This document shows, in pieces, positions 15,776-21,227 of a stretch of 21,227 bases of DNA. Both the position numbers and the translations under genes were made by a program. How positions within the stretch are numbered: the stretch's first letter is position 1; every line of letters begins with the position of its first letter. Origin of the DNA: Nitrospirota bacterium (GTDB lineage Bacteria; UBA2233); contig WOZJ01000066.1 in the NCBI GenBank assembly GCA_011620345.1, positions 62,001 to 83,227 of the forward strand. The letters run 5' to 3'. The notes beneath the pieces are model-generated. The model was given only the letters and a program-made list of their open reading frames with translations, had not been told where the DNA came from and did not search any database.

Positions 15776-16432
15776 TTAAGGCCTGCAACTGCCGCAGGGG
15801 GCAAACCCTAGCTCTAGCGCCCTTTTGCGGGTCTCGAACACGATGCGTTTATCCTGATCAAGGCGTTTTGCATACACGCAGCTTGGCCTGTGAAACACCC
15901 TAGACGATAGGTTGCCAGCGTAGAAGCGCTCGTAGGCGAAATCCCTCCAGAGTCCCTTTTTGGCCTCCCTCGCCTCGGCCTCGAATGCCTTAAGCCTCTC
16001 AATCCCTGGGAACGGGTATTTGACGAAGGCGTAGCCGTAGCCTTCCTTGACGATGAGGTCGTTGACGCACCGGCCGTCCGGAAGGTAGACAAACGCGAGC
16101 GTTCTCGTGTAGGCATCCTTTTCGACGCGCTCGAGCCTTAGCGTCTTGCCCTTGATCGTTTTCCGTAAGAACGTGGAGGACTCCTTGCCGAAACGTTGGA
16201 CCTTTCGCCTAGGATCTTTCGTCTCGGGAGTATCCACGCCGATGAGCCTGATTCGCTCGATCTTTTCGCCCGTCCAGACGTCCAACGTGTCGCCGTCGAT
16301 CACCTTGATGCAGTAAGGAGGCTCGATGCGAGCGCAACCGAGGACCAAGACAACGGCGACAACCAATAACCGGGCCCAACCGAGGGCCTTCAGGGCGCTG
16401 TGTACGGCGTTCGTCCGTCCTGCATAGGGCAT
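15776..16432 (-). CDS. Thermonuclease (SNase family) with a C-terminal Ada-type metal-binding domain; probable lipoprotein
   Basis: VIDGDT, RIRLIGVDTPE, D-x-Y-x-R-x-LAFV and AREAKKGLW. C-terminal FHRPSC...F...A...GFAPCGSCRP. Lipobox-like VLGC after a hydrophobic stretch. The start codon is uncertain. Confidence 0.88.
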   Translation of the reverse strand: MPYAGRTNAVHSALKALGWARLLVVAVVLVLGCARIEPPYCIKVIDGDTLDVWTGEKIERIRLIGVDTPETKDPRRKVQRFGKESSTFLRKTIKGKTLRLERVEKDAYTRTLAFVYLPDGRCVNDLIVKEGYGYAFVKYPFPGIERLKAFEAEAREAKKGLWRDFAYERFYAGNLSSRVFHRPSCVYAKRLDQDKRIVFETRKRALELGFAPCGSCRP

Positions 16433-16509
16433 GATAAACTGGCTCTTTCAAGGGACTTTTCTTGTAAAGAGTAAAGATTAGAGCAATTCGACGGCGATTG
16501 GAAGCAGCC

Positions 16510-18714
16510 ATGGTGATTGATCCGGAATCGCTAGCAGGCCGAATTATAGGGCTTTTGACCAAGGAGGCGGAAAGCCCAAAAACAGCCTCCCAAATCGGGC
16601 ATGCGCTCGGCCTTGTCCCAAAGGAAGGCTTCATATTGAGGCGAACGCTGAAAGGCCTCGCCCAATCGGGAAAGCTCGTCCGGCTGAAAGGAGGGAGGTT
16701 TGCCCCGCCTTCCAACCTTCACCTTTCTGTCGGGACGTTCGAGCTCGCAAAGGGCAAAGGCGGCGTTGTCTTACCGGATAGCATAAAAGACCCTATCGTC
16801 GTCGTAGCGCCCAATGCACGCCAAGGCGCGTTGGACGGCGACAGGGTTGTCGTTAGGGTAGAAGGCCGGCTCGAGGCCGGGCGTTGCTTTGGAAGCATCG
16901 TAAGAATCCTGGAGCGTAGGCTTAAGGAGGCCGTCGGCACTTACCACGAGCGCGGCAGGGTTGCCTACGTGGAAGCGGTCGGGCTCAAGGAGGGGTTCGA
17001 GGTTATCATTGAGGAGCCTCCCTCAATGCATGTGCCGTTGCAGGCCATGGTGCGCGTCCGGATTACGGGCTACCCGAAAGCGGATTTCTGGGCAACAGGC
17101 GTCGTTACGGAAGTTTTAGGGGACAAGGATTCGCTCGAGCCCTACATCGAAGCGATCCTCGTAAACTCGGCCATCCCGATAGATTTCCAAGCCGGGGCGC
17201 TCGAAGAGGCCAAGGCCCTCCCAAGGACTATTCCTGGCTCCGAGCTACAAACAAGGCGAGATTTACGCTCGCTTTCGTTCGTTACGATCGACGGAGAGAC
17301 GGCGAAAGATTTTGACGACGCCGTCTGTCTCGTCCAAGGCAAGGACGAATCGAGCACGCTCTACGTGGCGATTGCAGACGTGGCCCACTACGTCTCCCAA
17401 GGCGGCGCGATCGATACGGAGGCACAAGACCGCGGAACGAGCGTGTACTACCCCTCCAAGGTCGTTCCGATGCTTCCTTTTGAGCTCTCTTGGGGGCTTT
17501 GTTCGCTCAACCCAAACGAAGACCGGCTCGTCATGGTGGCGGAGCTTTGCTATGGCCCCAAAGGCGGGCTCAAGAAGGCCGATTTCTACCCTGCCGTTAT
17601 CAAGAGCCGTGCAAGGCTGACCTACACGCAGGTGAACGAGCTTTTGCATGGGGATGCCTCCCCGCTTCAAGGCGACCCCGTTTTGGCGGCCATGCTCCTT
17701 GCCATGGAGCGGCTCGCCAAGATCCTCCACGGAGCGCGCGTAAGGAAAGGAAGCCTGGATTTCGACCTTCCCGAAACGCTCGTCATGCTCTCCCAAGAGG
17801 GTGCGATCGAGGGCATTCTAAGGGGGGAGCGCGGCTGGGGGGAGCGGCTGATCGAAGAGTTTATGATCGCGGCCAACGTTGCCGTTGCGCGGTTTTTGTT
17901 TAAGACGAAGACGCCATGCCTATTCAGGATCCATGAGCCCCCCGATCCCGTGAAGCTTCGGGGGTTTCTCACGTTCGTCAAGCGTCGCGGCGTGCACTTC
18001 GAGATTGACCCAAAAAAGAAGGTCTCGCCAAAAGACCTTGCCCGTTTTTTGGATGTCATCCAAGGCAGGTCCGATGCCCGCGTCCTCCACTACATGCTGT
18101 TGCGCTCGCTTATGCGCGCGCAGTATCACCCCGCCCCAAAGGGCCATTTTGGCCTGGCGCTAGGGGCCTACGCGCATTTTACCTCGCCCATCAGGCGCTA
18201 TCCGGACCTATTTGTCCATAGGATGCTCAAGGCGAGACTCTCGGACGATGAGGCGAAGGTTCGCGATCAAACCCAAGAAAGGGTCCTGGAGCTTGCCCAA
18301 AAGACCTCCAAGGCCGAACAGCGGGCCACAGAGGTCGAGCGGGCGATGGTAGACCTTTACCGGGTTTATTACGGAAAAGGCAGGGTGGGCGAGACGTTCA
18401 CGGGCTACATCAGCTCGGTCTTGCCCTTCGGGTTTTTCGTGGAGTTAGACGAGGCGTTCCTAGAGGGGCTCGTCCATATCTCGCAGATCGGAGATGACTA
18501 CTACCTCTTTGACGAACAAAGGGCAAGGCTGATCGGCCAGCATAGAGGTAGGATCTTTGGGCTGGGCGACCGCGTGAGCGTGAAGATCGCCAGGGCCGAC
18601 CTCAAAGAGCGAAAGATTGATTTTGTCCTGGCCGAAGAGCCGGAAATCCTGGCCAGGTCGAAGCGGCGAAAAAGACCCGGAATAAGAGGCCAAAAGAGAG
18701 GAAAGACGGCATGA
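16510..18714 (+). CDS. rnr: Ribonuclease R
   Basis: N-terminal HTH-like region and cold-shock domains. RNB catalytic motif TIDGETAKDFDDA, plus VAIADV, RGTSVY, LIEEFMIAAN and HFTSPIRRYPDL. S1 domain and a basic tail. Start is ATG 16510 or TTG 16498. Confidence 0.96.
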   Translation: MVIDPESLAGRIIGLLTKEAESPKTASQIGHALGLVPKEGFILRRTLKGLAQSGKLVRLKGGRFAPPSNLHLSVGTFELAKGKGGVVLPDSIKDPIVVVAPNARQGALDGDRVVVRVEGRLEAGRCFGSIVRILERRLKEAVGTYHERGRVAYVEAVGLKEGFEVIIEEPPSMHVPLQAMVRVRITGYPKADFWATGVVTEVLGDKDSLEPYIEAILVNSAIPIDFQAGALEEAKALPRTIPGSELQTRRDLRSLSFVTIDGETAKDFDDAVCLVQGKDESSTLYVAIADVAHYVSQGGAIDTEAQDRGTSVYYPSKVVPMLPFELSWGLCSLNPNEDRLVMVAELCYGPKGGLKKADFYPAVIKSRARLTYTQVNELLHGDASPLQGDPVLAAMLLAMERLAKILHGARVRKGSLDFDLPETLVMLSQEGAIEGILRGERGWGERLIEEFMIAANVAVARFLFKTKTPCLFRIHEPPDPVKLRGFLTFVKRRGVHFEIDPKKKVSPKDLARFLDVIQGRSDARVLHYMLLRSLMRAQYHPAPKGHFGLALGAYAHFTSPIRRYPDLFVHRMLKARLSDDEAKVRDQTQERVLELAQKTSKAEQRATEVERAMVDLYRVYYGKGRVGETFTGYISSVLPFGFFVELDEAFLEGLVHISQIGDDYYLFDEQRARLIGQHRGRIFGLGDRVSVKIARADLKERKIDFVLAEEPEILARSKRRKRPGIRGQKRGKTA

Positions 18715-19022
18715 TCCTTTTGCTCGCTACGCTGAAGGCAAAGAAGGGCCAAGCGCAAGAAACACTTGAAGCGCTCGGGGCGTTTTCGGACGTCGTTAAA
18801 AGTGAGCCGGGCACGCTTGCCTGGAGGCTCTGCCAGAGCCTGACAGAGCCAGAGCAGTTTTTTGTGTTCGAGACCTACAAAGACCAAGAGGCCTTCGAGG
18901 CGCATGCACGTTCCGAAGCGTTTCAATCGCTCGTGGCGAGCCTTGCAGACCGGCTAGAAGCCCCGCTCGAGGTGACGTTTTTAAATGAAGCCGTTGCGGT
19001 CGGTCAAGGGATAAATAGATGA
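18711..19022 (+). CDS. Antibiotic biosynthesis monooxygenase (ABM)/putative quinol monooxygenase family protein
   Basis: 103 aa with EPG, F-x-x-x-E-x-Y-x-D-x-x-AF-x-x-H-x-x-S-x-x-F. ATGA overlap with the rnr stop. Confidence 0.87.
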   Translation: MILLLATLKAKKGQAQETLEALGAFSDVVKSEPGTLAWRLCQSLTEPEQFFVFETYKDQEAFEAHARSEAFQSLVASLADRLEAPLEVTFLNEAVAVGQGINR

Positions 19023-19407
19023 ACCTACCCCGATAGGCGGGACATTCTTGTCTAGAATTCGCAGGGCTACTCCTGACGGGGTTAGAAAGCCTTGGGCTTC
19101 TGGATAGGTTCTAGGCTCAATCCTCGAGTGCCGAGGTATCGCCCAATGGATTTGTGGTCTCCGTCTGCTACCAGTTGTCCAAAAGCGGTATCCGGCCCTT
19201 GCCCACGTGCTCAACCATTCCCAGTCCTGTGGTTCAAGACTTCGCCCGGGCACCATTGGCATGTGTATGCAAACCCGCTCGCCTTTTTGAACGCCAAGGC
19301 CTTTGAGCCCGGCACCGAAGCGACCTACGGCATTAAAAACTAGGGTTGCACAAGTGGGCCAAGTCCGTCAAGGAGAAGCGTGCCCCTGGGGCGCCCATAC
19401 CTCGGCA

Positions 19408-21225
19408 TCAAGCCTGCCGTGCGGAGCCGAGGACGGCCTTAAGCCCTTGCGCAAGCGTGGCATGGGAAGGCGCTCCCTTTAAGTCGATTCCTAACCTTAC
19501 GAGACCTTGGGCTACCCGAGGTTGGATGCCGACGAGTAACGTTATCGTGCCCAGAAGCCTAAGGGCATCGATGAGGTGGACGATTTCCGAGATCACCTGA
19601 GTGTCTACGTAGACCAATCCGGATAAATCCAAAAGCACGGCCTTTGGCTTTTGCTCGGCCGTTGCTTGGAGCAGGTTCTCGTGCAAGCGTTGCATGCGCA
19701 TGCTGTCGAAATTTCCAATTAGAGGGGCAAGCAGAATCCCGCCCCATACCGGAAGGATTGGGGTGGAAAGCTCGAGGATCGTCCTTTTTTGCTCTTGGGT
19801 GACCTCGATCATTCGTTTTTGTTCCTCGATGAGTCCTTCGAGTTTCCTTTCGTACTCCACAAAAGGGGTCAAGTCTTGGACATAGCTTATGTAATGACTC
19901 AAAGTCCCGTCCTTATCGAAGATGGGCTCGGTTACAAGATAAATAGGCACCCTGTGGCCGTCTTTGTGGATGTACTCTTTTCGGTAGGTCTTGTCGGTTC
20001 CCTTGAGGGCGTTTTCTTCGTGGAGCCTGTCGGGGTCCCCTTGGTACTCGGGAGCCGTCAAGTTTTTCCAGCCCATAGCATAGACTTCCTCTACGGTGTA
20101 GCCGACCATCCTGGCATACTGCTCGTTGATGCTCAAAAGCTCTCCTCCCGGCCTCCACTCGCAGATCCCCAAAGGCGAGAGCTTCAATAGGAGCTCCGCT
20201 TTCTCCTTGGCTGCCTTGAGCTCGGTGATGTCTTTCACGTAGAAGATCACGCAAGGCGTATTGTCGTCCGGGAAACGGCTAAGTCCGTGATTGAGGACCA
20301 CGTTGAATACGCGACCGTTTTTAGCATGAACGGTCGTGTCGTGACCCAAGCAAGTCCCATGGCCTTTTTGGAGGATATTCTCAATCCACTGCCTATGCTC
20401 TTGGTGTTGTTCGGGATTTATCCAGTCGAACACCGAGCCTAACTCTCGGTCGGGGAGGCCAAGCAGGTCTCGTAAAGCCCTGTTGGCCGTTCGAATGCGT
20501 CCGTCGGGCGAGGCCGTTGCTATGCCGTCTGCGCTAAGCTCGGTTATGACTTCGTAGAACGCCTGGAGCCGCTCGGCGGTTTCTTGGGCGCGCTTGATTT
20601 CGGTGATGTCGCTTAAAGTTACTAGGACCCTCCGTTTCCCCTCCCAGACGATCGGACGAAGCGTGCGCTTGGTAACGCGTCGTTGACCATCAGGCAAAAG
20701 ATACACCCCCCCCGATACGACATCCTCGTCCGAGCCTTCTTCGTCTTCGAGCTTCGCAAGTTCCCTGGCGACCTTCTCCCTTTCTTCTTGGGGATAGAGC
20801 CCATGCCATCCCCCTTGAAGTAGCACTTCTTTGGGTTTATCCACGAGGGTTGCATAGCAGGGGTTGGCGTAGTGGATGCCTCCTGACGAATCGGCAACGC
20901 ACACTCCCTCCGCCAAGCCGTTCAGCAGCACCTCCAGTCGGTTCTTCTGGGCGCTGATGTCGGCCGCGGAGTAAAGGATGGCACTGGGGTCGCCCCGTTC
21001 GTCCCGGATCAAAGAGGTATGGATCTGAACATGCACCCTCTCGCCGTTCTTTTTGAACCAGGTCTCAAAATTGGATATGCCTCCGCTTTGAAGCGTTTCT
21101 TGGGTAAGTGCCCTCTTGACCCGCTCTTGTTCTTCTAGGGGATAAGCAAGCTCCACGGATACGCCCAAGAGTGCCTCAAGGGGCTTGCCTAGAAGTTGGC
21201 AGAAGGCCTTGTTTGCCCACAAACG
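19408..21225 (-). CDS. Multi-PAS sensor with a C-terminal RsbR-like STAS domain (5' end outside the window)
   Basis: The frame is open to the window edge. At least four PAS/PAC units end in DIS, DITE, DITE and DLT. A coiled coil leads into the STAS domain (ELSTPILPVW, PLIG, LLDLSG-x-x-x-VDT, LRLLG, GI-x-P-x-VA-x-x-LV-x-LGIDL) at about 19408..19779. Confidence 0.92.
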   Translation of the reverse strand, partial: RLWANKAFCQLLGKPLEALLGVSVELAYPLEEQERVKRALTQETLQSGGISNFETWFKKNGERVHVQIHTSLIRDERGDPSAILYSAADISAQKNRLEVLLNGLAEGVCVADSSGGIHYANPCYATLVDKPKEVLLQGGWHGLYPQEEREKVARELAKLEDEEGSDEDVVSGGVYLLPDGQRRVTKRTLRPIVWEGKRRVLVTLSDITEIKRAQETAERLQAFYEVITELSADGIATASPDGRIRTANRALRDLLGLPDRELGSVFDWINPEQHQEHRQWIENILQKGHGTCLGHDTTVHAKNGRVFNVVLNHGLSRFPDDNTPCVIFYVKDITELKAAKEKAELLLKLSPLGICEWRPGGELLSINEQYARMVGYTVEEVYAMGWKNLTAPEYQGDPDRLHEENALKGTDKTYRKEYIHKDGHRVPIYLVTEPIFDKDGTLSHYISYVQDLTPFVEYERKLEGLIEEQKRMIEVTQEQKRTILELSTPILPVWGGILLAPLIGNFDSMRMQRLHENLLQATAEQKPKAVLLDLSGLVYVDTQVISEIVHLIDALRLLGTITLLVGIQPRVAQGLVRLGIDLKGAPSHATLAQGLKAVLGSARQA

Positions 21226-21227
21226 CT

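Noticed and set aside
19226-19256. tRNA-3'-end-like string GGTTCAAGACTTCGCCCGGGCACCA (possible tRNA or att remnant)
   Set aside because: The T-arm stem does not pair around TTCAAGA, no acceptor stem or cloverleaf can be built upstream, and no integrase is nearby.
1-21227. Frequent CTCGAG hexamers as a dispersed repeat or uptake signal
   Set aside because: Many correspond to Leu-Glu codon pairs (CTC GAG), and enrichment cannot be shown without a codon-aware count.
1-21227. CRISPR array, rRNA/tRNA genes, IS or prophage elements, anti-phage defence systems
   Set aside because: No regularly spaced repeats, RNA gene signatures, transposase, integrase or recognisable defence genes were seen.

Overview
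Gene-dense bacterial window, most likely from a diderm (it encodes an outer-membrane beta-barrel and MltB). No RNA genes, CRISPR arrays or mobile elements are recognisable. In order: the 3' part of a gamma-glutamyltransferase; a probable + strand operon (DUF4388/MshEN-like protein, two uncharacterised exported proteins, purine nucleoside phosphorylase, MtaD-like deaminase); a convergent membrane PAS-GGDEF(degenerate)-EAL protein; mltB; a five-gene - strand cluster of four exported multiheme c-type cytochromes (6, 7, 2 and 4 CxxCH motifs, 19 in total) around a 451-aa beta-barrel; a YahK-like alcohol dehydrogenase; a GT4 glycosyltransferase; a thermonuclease with an Ada-type metal-binding domain; RNase R; an ABM-family protein; and the 3' part of a multi-PAS-STAS (RsbR-like) sensor. 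The most interesting element is the porin-cytochrome cluster, a candidate trans-outer-membrane electron conduit whose heme counts do not match MtrCAB. All calls come from reading motifs by eye; no database search was run.
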